Assembly (NCBI GenBank): GCA_964433225.1
Contig: CAYSQA010000002.1
Location: 8,642-72,641 of the forward strand
DNA: 64,000 nucleotides
Reading direction: 5' to 3'
Origin: an uncultured Pseudomonadales bacterium
GTDB lineage: Bacteria; Patescibacteriota; Microgenomatia; UBA1400; PJMF01
A program made the translations under genes and the position numbers. Shown piece by piece: positions 26,525-36,197 of this stretch (positions are counted from its first letter, which is position 1; the number at the start of each line of letters is the position of its first letter). The notes under the pieces were generated by a model. The model searched no databases. It had not been told where the DNA came from and saw only the letters and a program-made list of their open reading frames with translations.

Positions 26525-27540
26525 ATTTTTTCTAGTGGGTAGTTACATTTTTTATAACAAAAATCCTTGAATTGGCCTTTCCTCAACTCTGTTCTGAATT
26601 GGGAAAATTCTTGCCAGATAGTTTTAAGATCTTTTTCTTTTAAATTCTTAGAGATTTTTTCTCCATAGGCCATACAGCAAGGGACAGTTACTCCTTCTGA
26701 ACTAATATCTAGATTTTCTTGAACTATTTGACAATATTTGTCTGCAAAATATGATTTTTTTCTTTTGGTATTGCCTTGTTTGATTTTTTTCAAAACTTGC
26801 TCAATATTATTGTCAATTTTAGTATGTTTTTTAGCTAAGATTAAAATCTTGGCTAAAGCTTGATTCTCTTGCTTAGTTAATTTTAAATTTTCTGGAGAAT
26901 CATAAATCAGGTTATCAAAACTAATAAAATCAATATTTAATTTTTCTGCTAACTTAATAAAGTTAGCGATATCTTTAAAGTTTGATTTTTGAATTACAAA
27001 GTGTAACCCGACTTTGGGTGAGTTTTCCTCTTTTCTGAGAGCAATTAGTTGTTCTAAATTGTTAACGATTTTATCAAAGTAATATGAACCATTAGCTAGG
27101 GGGTAAACTTCTTTACTACCAGCATTAATTGAGACTCTAACCATGTCCCAGCCGATATCGATAAGCAGTTTGCTAATTTTTGGAGTTAATAGTACTCCAT
27201 TGGTGATTAGAGAAGCATTTGTTTTTTTCTTTTTAATTAGTTTTAAAAGTTTATCTATTTGGGGAAACAATAATGGTTCTCCACCTCCTACGACTTCAAT
27301 GGTTTCAACAGTAAAAGGAATGTTTTCCAAAAGTTTTTTGTAATTTTTCCATTGGAGCTCTGTTTTTTCTAAGCCACCTTTTTTATTAATTTGGTTCATG
27401 ACTCGCCAACACATTGGACAAGCATTGGTACAGGCGTAACCAATCGGATTAATTCTAATAATTCTTGGGCCAAAAAGATGATAAAAATTAATTTTATTTT
27501 TTACTAGTTTGCTGATTTTAGTTTTTATTCCGAAGCCCAT
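26521..27540 (-). CDS. Radical SAM enzyme with C-terminal Cys cluster (SPASM/twitch-like)
   Basis: CxxxCxxC motif in YACTNACPMCW and a glycine-rich SAM motif VGGGEPLL. C-terminal cysteines lie in VTVPCCMAYGE...FKDFCYKKCNYP. Confidence 0.8.
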   Translation of the reverse strand: MGFGIKTKISKLVKNKINFYHLFGPRIIRINPIGYACTNACPMCWRVMNQINKKGGLEKTELQWKNYKKLLENIPFTVETIEVVGGGEPLLFPQIDKLLKLIKKKKTNASLITNGVLLTPKISKLLIDIGWDMVRVSINAGSKEVYPLANGSYYFDKIVNNLEQLIALRKEENSPKVGLHFVIQKSNFKDIANFIKLAEKLNIDFISFDNLIYDSPENLKLTKQENQALAKILILAKKHTKIDNNIEQVLKKIKQGNTKRKKSYFADKYCQIVQENLDISSEGVTVPCCMAYGEKISKNLKEKDLKTIWQEFSQFRTELRKGQFKDFCYKKCNYPLEKI

Positions 27541-27556
27541 GATTTTTGCTGTTTTT

Positions 27557-28225
27557 TCAAAGATTGCATAGACAAGAATGGTGAAGCTTTTTCATATCCA
27601 ACACAGAGACTTGTTTGCCTTGGTAATCTATGATTTTGCTTTTTTTTAGTTTACTCATTTCAATACTAACAGTTTCTCTGGTAATGCCGGTCATAGTGGC
27701 AATTCTTTTATGAGTAAGAGGAAAGTTAATAATTGTTTTTTTGTTTTTAGTTTTACCAAACCTTTGGGCAGTAAAATAAAGGGTAGCCGCTACTTTTCTG
27801 CCTGCATCACCAAAAACTAAGGCTTCTGTTCTATTGGCAAGCATATTGAGACCAGCACTAAGTCTTAGCAGTAACTCTTCCATAGCCTGTGGATTATTTT
27901 TCAAAAATAATAAAACTTCTTTAATTGGAGCTTTTTTGATTTTAACTTCAGTTAAGCTTTCATAAAAGTATTCGTTTTCTGAACCTTGAAGAACCAAAGA
28001 GATTGGGAAATAAGAACCTGGTTTGAAGATATTTAAAATAAAGTCTTCACCACTTTCTGAGATTACTTGTTGGCTGACATAACCTGATTCCAAATAGTAG
28101 ATAGTCGTTAATTTTTCTCCTGGTTGAATAATGGTTTCACCAGTTTTGTAGGTAAAAGTTCGATAGTTTTCAAAAAAACTTTTAAGGAGGTTCTCACCAG
28201 CTTTTCTTGTAAGAATATCAGCCAT
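27557..28225 (-). CDS. Crp/Fnr-family transcriptional regulator
   Basis: N-terminal cNMP-binding-like beta-barrel region and a C-terminal HTH RIATMTGITRETVSIEMSKLKK. Confidence 0.8.
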   Translation of the reverse strand: MADILTRKAGENLLKSFFENYRTFTYKTGETIIQPGEKLTTIYYLESGYVSQQVISESGEDFILNIFKPGSYFPISLVLQGSENEYFYESLTEVKIKKAPIKEVLLFLKNNPQAMEELLLRLSAGLNMLANRTEALVFGDAGRKVAATLYFTAQRFGKTKNKKTIINFPLTHKRIATMTGITRETVSIEMSKLKKSKIIDYQGKQVSVLDMKKLHHSCLCNL

Positions 28226-28260
28226 GTTGGTAGTATAACAGTTAAGCTATAATGTGAAGA

Positions 28261-29724
28261 GTGAAGAAATTTCCTCAACTGTCACTGTTTTTTTTGGTGT
28301 TGATTATTTTGTTGGCGAGTTTTGTGCGTTTCTACAAGCTTGAACTTAAAATGAGGTTTATTTGGGATGAAGGCCGAGATATGATGGCTATTCATCGTTT
28401 AGTGGCAGCTAAAAACTTGACTTTATTTGGTCCATTTAATGAAATCGATGGCAAAAAAGATTTTTTTGGAGTTTTTCATTATTATTTGATGGCTCCAGCT
28501 TTATTATTAGCTGATTTTGATCCAATTGGCCCTGCTGTTTTGACTGCTTTTTTGGGTGTTTTATCGGTTGGTTTAGTTTATTTATTGGTTAGACAGTGGT
28601 CTTCAGAAAAAACAGCTTTATTAACTAGTTTTTTCTATGCAGTTAGCCCATTAGTAATTAAATATGTTCAGTGGCCATGGAACCCCAATACTTTGCCATT
28701 TTTTGCTTTGCTTTATTTTTTATGTTTAACCAACTTGTTGAAAAAAGATAAAATTAAGTTGATTTGGGTTGGTTTAGCTGGTTTGATGTTGGGATTACTT
28801 TTTCAACTCCACTATTTTAGCCTCCCTTTGAGCATAGCTTATTTATTAATTTTTTTTCATGACAGAAAAAAACATTGGTCGGAATTAATTTTGTTTAGTT
28901 TGTTATTTATATTACCGAACTTGAGTTTTCTGCTTTTTGATTTAACTCATGATTTTTTCTATTTTAAAATCCTTAAAGGATCTTTCTTTGGTGGATCTGA
29001 ACAGCAATATTTTTCTTTTAATTTAATTAATTTTTTAATTATTCCAATTAAATTTATTTTTAATTTGTTAACTGGCTTATTTTTTACAAATAAACTATTA
29101 AATATTTTTTTAGAATTAATTTTTTTCTGGATAATTTTTAAAAATATTAAACATTACTTTATAACTAAAGAGATTAATTTAAAAATTTTACTTTCTTTTA
29201 TTTGGTTTTGTTTCTTTTTGATGATTGGTTTTTTTCCAACAGTGTTTGACGACTATCATAGTAGCTATTTATGGTTTGGCTTTTTTTATCTTTTCATTGA
29301 ATTTTTTGGCCAGAAAAAGTTAATCTTAATTTTCTATTTTTTATTGGCTTTATTGATGTACAAAAATATTAATTTGAATAGACAACCAAATTGGAGTGAA
29401 AACTTACCTTTGGTTAGAAGTTTGAGTGAAGTTATTGTTAATGATTATAAAAATAATTATTCTGGTAAAAAAGTTAATCTAGCTAGTTTGGCTGATGCAG
29501 ATACCAGGGCGACTCGTTATCGCTACTTTTTACAAAAAGAAAAAATTTTAGTTGATGGAGTCGACCAATATCCTCAAGCAACAGTGTTGTATGTGATTTC
29601 TCCTCACGATTTGGCCGAAACAAAAAGTAATCAAGCTTGGGAAATAGCTAGTTTTTTAGATCAAGTTTGGGTTGAGGCCGGTGTAGTCGATCAGATTTTT
29701 GTTTACCGTGTGACTAAAGATTAA
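28261..29724 (+). CDS. GT-C-fold glycosyltransferase-like polytopic membrane protein (ArnT/PMT family-like)
   Basis: More than 10 TM segments and an early FIWDEGRD acidic motif in the first loop, typical of GT-C enzymes. Confidence 0.6.
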   Translation: MKKFPQLSLFFLVLIILLASFVRFYKLELKMRFIWDEGRDMMAIHRLVAAKNLTLFGPFNEIDGKKDFFGVFHYYLMAPALLLADFDPIGPAVLTAFLGVLSVGLVYLLVRQWSSEKTALLTSFFYAVSPLVIKYVQWPWNPNTLPFFALLYFLCLTNLLKKDKIKLIWVGLAGLMLGLLFQLHYFSLPLSIAYLLIFFHDRKKHWSELILFSLLFILPNLSFLLFDLTHDFFYFKILKGSFFGGSEQQYFSFNLINFLIIPIKFIFNLLTGLFFTNKLLNIFLELIFFWIIFKNIKHYFITKEINLKILLSFIWFCFFLMIGFFPTVFDDYHSSYLWFGFFYLFIEFFGQKKLILIFYFLLALLMYKNINLNRQPNWSENLPLVRSLSEVIVNDYKNNYSGKKVNLASLADADTRATRYRYFLQKEKILVDGVDQYPQATVLYVISPHDLAETKSNQAWEIASFLDQVWVEAGVVDQIFVYRVTKD

Positions 29725-29734
29725 ATTTTATAAT

Positions 29735-30649
29735 TTATAAAAACTTTTCCACTACTTTGAAGTAGTCACTGTTATTATTTTGTTTTTTTTGCCACCACCA
29801 ATACTCAAAACCCCAAAGTAAAATTTCTTCAATTGGTAACTCAAGGGCCGCTAAAATATTTTGTTCTAATTTTGTTGGAGAAATACTGGCAGGATTTTTA
29901 CTTAAATATTCTTGTTCATTGTCTTCCCATGGTTCTGCTTGAAGTTCAGTAATGATGATTTTTTGGTTGATGTTTTTGAGAGTATTGAGAAGTTTATTTT
30001 TTGGCTGGTGAAAACCAAAATAGTTTTTATAGATATTTTTGCCCAGAATTTTTTTGACAAATTGTTTGGGATATAAATCCAAACCAATTAAATCAGCCTG
30101 ATCTTCTATTTTATAAATTAATTTTCTAGCTAGTAAGTCGTTTCCCCAAAAATTAATAAGCACTTTTCTATCATCCAAGTTTTTTACTAGTTCTATTTCT
30201 TTTTTGAGAAAACTTAGTGGAATGACTAAGTTGTTAGGCCCACTTGGATCTAACGGTTCATTTTCTATTTGCCAGTAACTAATACATTGATATTTTTTTA
30301 ATTTTTCAACTATTTTTTCTAAAAAATTAATTATTTTTTGTTGAGTTACTAAATTAGTGAAGTTTTTTTCTTTTATATGCTCAGGCCAATAAAATTCTGG
30401 CCAACGAGGTGCTTTAACACCAATAGTTAAAATTACTGGTTGGTTAGCAACTTCACATTTTTCTAGAAGTTGGTTGATTTTTGAAAAATTATAATTATTT
30501 TTTGCTGGTTCTGTTTCTGACCAGTAACAACCCAATCTGAGGTGAGAGAAATTGAGCGTTAAGGCTTTGGCTAAAGCTGGTTCAACATCTAGTTTTAAGT
30601 ATTCCAGATGACGGTGGCTAAAAGTAATACCAATGGGTTTACTATTCAT
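29735..30649 (-). CDS. Putative clan GH-A glycoside hydrolase (TIM barrel)
   Basis: WQIENEP (NEP acid/base) and ITELQAEP (nucleophile Glu) spaced as in GH5-type enzymes. Family uncertain. Confidence 0.45.
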   Translation of the reverse strand: MNSKPIGITFSHRHLEYLKLDVEPALAKALTLNFSHLRLGCYWSETEPAKNNYNFSKINQLLEKCEVANQPVILTIGVKAPRWPEFYWPEHIKEKNFTNLVTQQKIINFLEKIVEKLKKYQCISYWQIENEPLDPSGPNNLVIPLSFLKKEIELVKNLDDRKVLINFWGNDLLARKLIYKIEDQADLIGLDLYPKQFVKKILGKNIYKNYFGFHQPKNKLLNTLKNINQKIIITELQAEPWEDNEQEYLSKNPASISPTKLEQNILAALELPIEEILLWGFEYWWWQKKQNNNSDYFKVVEKFL

Positions 30650-30718
30650 GATTTATTGATTAATCTATAGTTTAATCAGTTTACAGGACCAACTAGTTAA
30701 CTAGTAGAATGAAATATC

Positions 30719-32392
30719 ATGAATATTTTTATTGAGTTAAGTATTTTGCTATTAGTCACAACAGTGGTTACTTTGGGGGTAAAACTTCTTAAACAACCAT
30801 TGGTAGTGGGTTATATTTTAGCTGGAATTGTTACTGGGCCTTATTTTTTAAATGTTCTTCATTCTACTCATGAGTTGGAACTTTTTTCCAAAGTTGGGAT
30901 TGTTTTTTTGTTATTTATTGTAGGCTTACATCTCAATCCAAAAGTAATTAAGGAAGTAGGTTCTATCTCTTTAGTAACGGGCATTGGTCAAGTAGTTTTT
31001 ACCTCGTTAATTGGTTTTTTCTTAGCAATACTGTTGGGAATTGATCGGTTGGCTGCTCTTTATGTGGCTATTGCTTTGACTTTTAGTAGCACCATTATTA
31101 TTCTGAAGCTTTTGGCTGATAAAAAAGATTTACAAAAACTTTATGCCAAAATAGCGATTGGTTTTCTCTTGGTTCAAGACGTGATTGCTACGTTTGTTTT
31201 GATTGGGGTGACTGTTTTTACCAATGGTGGTGAAGCCGGTTTACTTAATACCTTGGGTTGGACTTTGTTAAAAGGTTTTGGTTTATTGGTCGGTTTGTAT
31301 CTCTTTACTAGTTTGGTTTTGCAAAAGCTTACTAACTATATTGCTCATTCTCAAGAATTGCTGTTTTTGTTTTCACTAGCTTGGGGGACAGGTCTGGCTT
31401 CTTTGTTTTTATTACTTGGTTTTTCGATCGAGATTGGGGCATTAGTTGCTGGAGTGACGATGTCACTGACTCCTTATGCGGATGAAATGTCCTCTAGACT
31501 AAAGCCACTCAGAGATTTTTTCATTATTATTTTCTTCATTTTATTGGGTTCGCAGATGGTGATTGCTAATTTAGCTACCATTATTTTGCCAGCTTTACTC
31601 TTATCTTTGTTTGTGTTGGTTGGTAACCCAGTGATTGTGATTTTATTGATGAATCTAGCTGGCTATAGCCGTCGAACTGGTTTTTTGGCTGGTTTAACTG
31701 TAGCACAAATTAGTGAGTTTTCATTAATTTTGGCTAGTTTGGGAATGCGAGTTGGTCATTTATCACAAGAAGTATTGTCGTTAGTAACTTTGGTTGGTTT
31801 GATTACTATTGCTGGTTCGACTTATTTAATTCTTTACGCTGATAGCATTTATCCAAGAATTGCTAATATTTTGAAAAAGTTAGAGCTATTGAAAACCAGA
31901 AAAACAGAAAAAGGGGCAGTTGGTGAAGATTATTCGAGTGTAATTTTTGGTTTTGATCGAGTTGGTGATATTTTTGCTGAAGCTCTAACTAAAGCTGAAC
32001 AAAGTTATCTGGTGGTAGATTACAACCCAGCTTCTATTCAACGAGTAGAAAAACTTCAGCTACCATTTCGCTATGGTGATGCTAGTGATGTCGAGTTTTT
32101 AGAAGAATTACCAGTAACTAAACCTCAATTAGTGGTTTCGACAATTCCAGACTTTGTAACTAATAAGCTTATTATTAGAACAATGTTAGAAAAAAATTCT
32201 AAGGTTTTGGTAGTGCCAATAGCTCATACAATCACTGAAGCAAAAGAATTATATGATTTGGGAGCAGCTTTTGTGATGATTCCTCATCTTTTGGGAGCTG
32301 AGTATGCCGCTAGAATGATTAAACGATTGGGCTTGGATAAAAATGCTTATTTAGAAGAAAAACAAAAGCATTTGGCAAAATTACTAAATTAA
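30719..32392 (+). CDS. CPA2 (Kef-type) monovalent cation:proton antiporter with C-terminal RCK/TrkA-N domain
   Basis: Twelve-plus TM Na+/H+-exchanger core followed by a Rossmann motif VIFGFDRVGD in a soluble C-terminal domain. Confidence 0.85.
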   Translation: MNIFIELSILLLVTTVVTLGVKLLKQPLVVGYILAGIVTGPYFLNVLHSTHELELFSKVGIVFLLFIVGLHLNPKVIKEVGSISLVTGIGQVVFTSLIGFFLAILLGIDRLAALYVAIALTFSSTIIILKLLADKKDLQKLYAKIAIGFLLVQDVIATFVLIGVTVFTNGGEAGLLNTLGWTLLKGFGLLVGLYLFTSLVLQKLTNYIAHSQELLFLFSLAWGTGLASLFLLLGFSIEIGALVAGVTMSLTPYADEMSSRLKPLRDFFIIIFFILLGSQMVIANLATIILPALLLSLFVLVGNPVIVILLMNLAGYSRRTGFLAGLTVAQISEFSLILASLGMRVGHLSQEVLSLVTLVGLITIAGSTYLILYADSIYPRIANILKKLELLKTRKTEKGAVGEDYSSVIFGFDRVGDIFAEALTKAEQSYLVVDYNPASIQRVEKLQLPFRYGDASDVEFLEELPVTKPQLVVSTIPDFVTNKLIIRTMLEKNSKVLVVPIAHTITEAKELYDLGAAFVMIPHLLGAEYAARMIKRLGLDKNAYLEEKQKHLAKLLN

Positions 32393-32565
32393 AAATTAAT
32401 TTTATATATTTTCTGGAAAACGGAAAGGATTAATGGAGGTATGCCAAGGTACTTGGATACGACGAAATATTGAGATTTTTTCTGATAATAGCAAGTATGA
32501 CTGGTTGATAAAAACTCACTTACCAGTCATAAAAAAGTTGTCCAAACAGACGCCTTTTTTATGAG

Positions 32566-32648
32566 CGGAAGGGGCGGGATTCGAACCCGCGATGGCGTAA
32601 GCCGCAGGTTTTCAAGACCTGTGCAATGAACCACTATGCGACCCTTCC
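32566..32648 (-). tRNA. tRNA-Ser (anticodon TGA), long variable arm
   Basis: Manual fold: acceptor GGAAGGG/CCCTTCC, anticodon stem CAGGT/ACCTG, loop CTTGAAA, T-loop TTCGAAT. Confidence 0.85.
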
Positions 32649-32735
32649 TGTTATAAGCTGTAATTGTACCATCTTGAAGCAAACTTTCGTTCAGCTACTT
32701 TTCTGGGTAACTACTATTGGTGTATAGTGTAACTA

Positions 32736-33380
32736 ATGAGTAAAACTAAGGAAACTATCCGCAGTTTTTTGGGTGGTCAACGGTCGGTAAAACAGGCTGA
32801 TGATGTTCCGTTTGAGGAACAAATCCAAGTTGATCCTAATGCTTATTATCCATTTGATTCTCAATTGGAAATGTCAAAGGTTGCACCGGGAATGTATAGG
32901 CCAATTCCAGAAAGAGCTATCTTGGAATGGCTTGCTCCCAGTAGGCCTTTTCGCAAACGAAATAAACAATTTTTTACTACAGTTCTAGTGATTGCTTTGC
33001 TAATTTCTCTAATTTTGTTTTTTTCTGGTCAATTTTTACCAATAGCAATGGTTTTTTCGGTGGTATTTTTAAATTATGTTTTGGCAGTGATTCCTCCTCA
33101 AGATATAACTCACAAGATTACTAATTTTGGGGTTAGTGTCGAAGGCAAACTTTATGCTTGGCAGGAACTGGGACGATTTTGGTTCGATAAAAAATATGAT
33201 TCCTTGTTGTTAATGATTGAAACAGCCTATTTTCCTGGCAGGTTGACTTTAGTATTGCCTCCTGAAAAGAAACAAGAAGTGACCGACATCTTGTCCGAGG
33301 TTTTACTCCACCAAAAGCCACCTCTTAGTACCTTTGAGAAACTTGCTCAGTGGGTTCAAGAAAAGTTCCCTTTAGAATAG
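32736..33380 (+). CDS. Hypothetical membrane protein
   Basis: Complete ORF with two central hydrophobic helices. No family recognised. Confidence 0.5.
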   Translation: MSKTKETIRSFLGGQRSVKQADDVPFEEQIQVDPNAYYPFDSQLEMSKVAPGMYRPIPERAILEWLAPSRPFRKRNKQFFTTVLVIALLISLILFFSGQFLPIAMVFSVVFLNYVLAVIPPQDITHKITNFGVSVEGKLYAWQELGRFWFDKKYDSLLLMIETAYFPGRLTLVLPPEKKQEVTDILSEVLLHQKPPLSTFEKLAQWVQEKFPLE

Positions 33381-33381
33381 C

Positions 33382-33852
33382 TTATTTTTTTATTGATTTT
33401 AAAAACTCTAGGATTTCTTGAGTATGGTTGTTGACTCTAACATTTTCCCAGGTTTTGAGGATTTTCCCTTGAGGATCAAGTACAAAAGTTGAACGAATAA
33501 TACCCATATAAAGTTTACCAAAACGATTTTTTTGTCCCCAGGCTCCAAAAGCTTCTAATAATTGGTGATCTGGATCAGACCAAAGAGGAAAATTTAAGCG
33601 ATGCTTTTCAGCAAATTTTTGATGTGAAGATAGGGAGTCTTTACTTATTCCAATGACTTTAACTCCTAGTTTTTGTAATTCAACATTAGCATCACGAAAG
33701 CTACAAGCTTCGGTGGTACAACCTGGAGTATCGTCTTTTGGGTAAAAATAAATAACGAGATATTGTCCAAGATGTTCGTTAAGAGAAGTTTTTTTACCTT
33801 GATTATCTATAACTGGGATGTCCAAAGGAGCTTGGTCTAGTGGTTTTAACAT
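33382..33852 (-). CDS. bcp: Peroxiredoxin, Bcp-type (thiol peroxidase)
   Basis: YFYPKDDTPGCTTEACSFRD peroxidatic-Cys motif. Confidence 0.85.
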   Translation of the reverse strand: MLKPLDQAPLDIPVIDNQGKKTSLNEHLGQYLVIYFYPKDDTPGCTTEACSFRDANVELQKLGVKVIGISKDSLSSHQKFAEKHRLNFPLWSDPDHQLLEAFGAWGQKNRFGKLYMGIIRSTFVLDPQGKILKTWENVRVNNHTQEILEFLKSIKK

Positions 33853-33913
33853 AACAAGACCAGTTTAACAGAATAACAGTGACAAGCAGTAAGCTAAGTA
33901 ACAAATTACTCAA

Positions 33914-34342
33914 TTAGTTGCTGGATTCAGAACGAGCTTCAGATTTTACTTCAACATTGATGTTGCCATCATTAGTGGTGTATGTCTGAGTTTCACTAGT
34001 TTCTTTACCATCAACATTGGTAGTAGTAGTGGTGGTAACAGTTGTTTCTGTGGTTTTGGTTACAGCTTGGGCTGGTTGAGTTGTGGTAGTAGAAGTTTTA
34101 GGCGTGGTTTGTTTTTCTTCAACCTTTTTAGTGGGGACGGCCTCTTTAGTAGCTTCTTCTTCATCCAAGTAAAGGTCCCATCTGAATGGAGCAGTGGTTG
34201 GCTCTATAGTTTCATCATCCTGGTTTAGATCAACGACTTCATCTTTAGAGAAGTAATATTTATAGCCAAAGTAACCGACGATACCAAGTAAGATGACAGT
34301 AAATAAGCCTGTCCAGAGTTTTGCAGAATTTTCAACTTTCAT
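33914..34342 (-). CDS. Membrane-anchored Thr-rich low-complexity protein
   Basis: N-terminal TM followed by a TTTTTQPAQAVTKTTETTVTTTTTT tract. Confidence 0.5.
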   Translation of the reverse strand: MKVENSAKLWTGLFTVILLGIVGYFGYKYYFSKDEVVDLNQDDETIEPTTAPFRWDLYLDEEEATKEAVPTKKVEEKQTTPKTSTTTTQPAQAVTKTTETTVTTTTTTNVDGKETSETQTYTTNDGNINVEVKSEARSESSN

Positions 34343-34500
34343 ATGGCCTATATTATAACATTAAACACAAATAATGTTGTAAGCATAGTGCATTTGCTTC
34401 ACTCATTTGCACTATGTACTTAATAGAGCGAACCTAAGCTTCTTACCTTAGTTTCTCCAACAAAGCAAAAAACTGGCGTTTTAGCCAGTTTTATTCTTTG

Positions 34501-34574
34501 TCGGAGAGACAGGACTCGAACCTGCGACCTCGCGCACCCCATGCGCGCGCGCTAGCCATCTGCGCCACTCTCCG
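34501..34574 (-). tRNA. tRNA-Pro (anticodon GGG)
   Basis: Manual fold: acceptor CGGAGAG/CTCTCCG, D stem GCGC/GCGC, anticodon stem CGCGC/GCGCG, loop ATGGGGT, T-loop TTCGAGT. Confidence 0.8.
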
Positions 34575-34729
34575 GGTTTTGTCAGCTGATTGTACCAAAG
34601 TTTAACTAAAAAGTGTCAGTTTTAGTTTTTATAATCTTAAGCAATCAAACTAATAATTTTGTAGCTTGTAGTGGTTATTAGTTTGGGGTAATGTGTGGGT
34701 ATAGCGAAAAAAGAAAGGATTAGAATTTT

Positions 34730-35785
34730 ATGTCGAAAAAGAAAAAATCAATCGATGCTGAAAGTAACTTGGAGATGGTTTCCAGAGATGGCAAGCAACA
34801 AGCAGTTGGGATTGCCATGAAACAAATTGAACAACAGTTTGGTAAAGGTTCAATCATGAAAATGGGTGAATCTTTAAAAAACATGCCCAAGATTCCAGTG
34901 ATTTCCACTGGTTCTTTATCTCTTAATATGGCTCTTGGAGTTGGTGGTTTCCCCAAGGGTAGAATTGTTGAGATTTATGGCCCTGAAGCTTCTGGTAAAA
35001 CTACTCTTTGTTTGCATGCCATTGCCGAGGTTCAACGTCACGGTGGAGTGGCTGCTTTTGTAGATGTAGAACATGCTTTGGATCCGGTAAGAGCAGAAAA
35101 AATTGGGGTAAACTTGGAGGAATTATTAATTTCTCAACCAGATTATGGTGAGCAGGCTTTGGAGATTGCTGAAACCCTGGTTAGATCAGGGGGTGTTGAT
35201 TTGGTGATTATTGACTCAGTAGCAGCTTTAGTGCCCAAATCAGAAATTGAGGGTGAAATGGGCGACCACCAGATGGGTACTCAAGCCAGATTGATGTCTC
35301 AGGCAATGCGCAAACTTACAGCAGCTATCAATAAAACCAATACCCTAATGATTTTTACCAACCAAATCAGAATGAAAATTGGAGTGATGTTTGGTAGTCC
35401 TGAAACCACTACTGGTGGTAATGCTTTGAAGTTCTATGCTTCTCAGCGTTTGGATATTCGTAAAATTGGTAATATTCAAGAGGGTGAGGATATTGTTGGG
35501 AGTAGACACCGAGTCAAAGTAAAGAAAAATAAAGTGGCGCCACCATTTAAAGTTGCAGAATTTGATATGGATGAACGGGGTATTTCTAGAGAAGGAGATG
35601 TGGTTGATTTGGGTGTAGAAAAAGGAGTTTTGGAAAAGGCTGGTAGTTTTTACAAGTATAACGGTGAAGTATTGGCCCAAGGTAGAGAAGCGACCAAAGA
35701 CAAACTTAAAGAAGATTTAGCTTTGAGAAAAGAGATTGAAAAGAAAATTTGGGAGACGATTAAGGAGGCTGACTCTAAGAAATAG
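34730..35785 (+). CDS. recA: Recombinase RecA
   Basis: [14 protein letters not shown]-terminal signature, Walker [10 protein letters not shown] and the L2 loop region. AAAGGA SD. Confidence 0.95.
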   Translation: MSKKKKSIDAESNLEMVSRDGKQQAVGIAMKQIEQQFGKGSIMKMGESLKNMPKIPVISTGSLSLNMALGVGGFPKGRIVEIYGPEASGKTTLCLHAIAEVQRHGGVAAFVDVEHALDPVRAEKIGVNLEELLISQPDYGEQALEIAETLVRSGGVDLVIIDSVAALVPKSEIEGEMGDHQMGTQARLMSQAMRKLTAAINKTNTLMIFTNQIRMKIGVMFGSPETTTGGNALKFYASQRLDIRKIGNIQEGEDIVGSRHRVKVKKNKVAPPFKVAEFDMDERGISREGDVVDLGVEKGVLEKAGSFYKYNGEVLAQGREATKDKLKEDLALRKEIEKKIWETIKEADSKK

Positions 35786-35796
35786 GGTTGATTATT

Positions 35797-35822
35797 CAGC
35801 CCTTTTAACTTAAAAAGGGCTG
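35797..35822 (+). terminator. Rho-independent terminator after recA (CAGCCCTTTT...AAAAGGGCTG)
   Basis: Perfect 10-bp stem with a 6-nt loop 12 nt after the recA stop, followed by a T-rich stretch. Confidence 0.6.
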
Positions 35823-35903
35823 AATTTAGTTTCTTTTAGTCAAGTTATTTTTAAAAAAGATTGATATACAGTTATTTTTATTTTTTAAAAACTAGGATTT
35901 TGA

Positions 35904-35932
35904 TTGACTAAAGAGCAGATAAGACATATAAT
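35904..35932 (+). promoter_or_regulatory. Sigma70 promoter TTGACT-N17-TATAAT upstream of rny
   Basis: Near-consensus hexamers with a 17-bp spacer. It predicts a roughly 260-nt 5' leader before the rny ATG. Confidence 0.55.
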
Positions 35933-36197
35933 CTCCACACAAGTAATTTGCGCTATGTCTCGAGAGAGATAATTTGGAAAAAAACGCAAACAGAAATAAT
36001 AACGGACTTACAAATCTAATTATTAATTTATGACCAATGTTAATAGCCATTATCAGTCTATAACGAGTCAGGCGCTAGAGGCGCTTTCTGTTTAGTGATT
36101 CATCACTAGTTTTTCCATACCTTAAAGAGTGCTTAATGCAGTTACTTGGCTGATGTTAATCAGCTGAAGAGTGATTAGTTAAAAAGAAAGTAAAAGT

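Noticed and set aside
36100-36125. GGCGCT-AGA-GGCGCT as a hairpin in the rny leader.
   Set aside because: It is a direct repeat, not an inverted repeat, so it does not form a stem.
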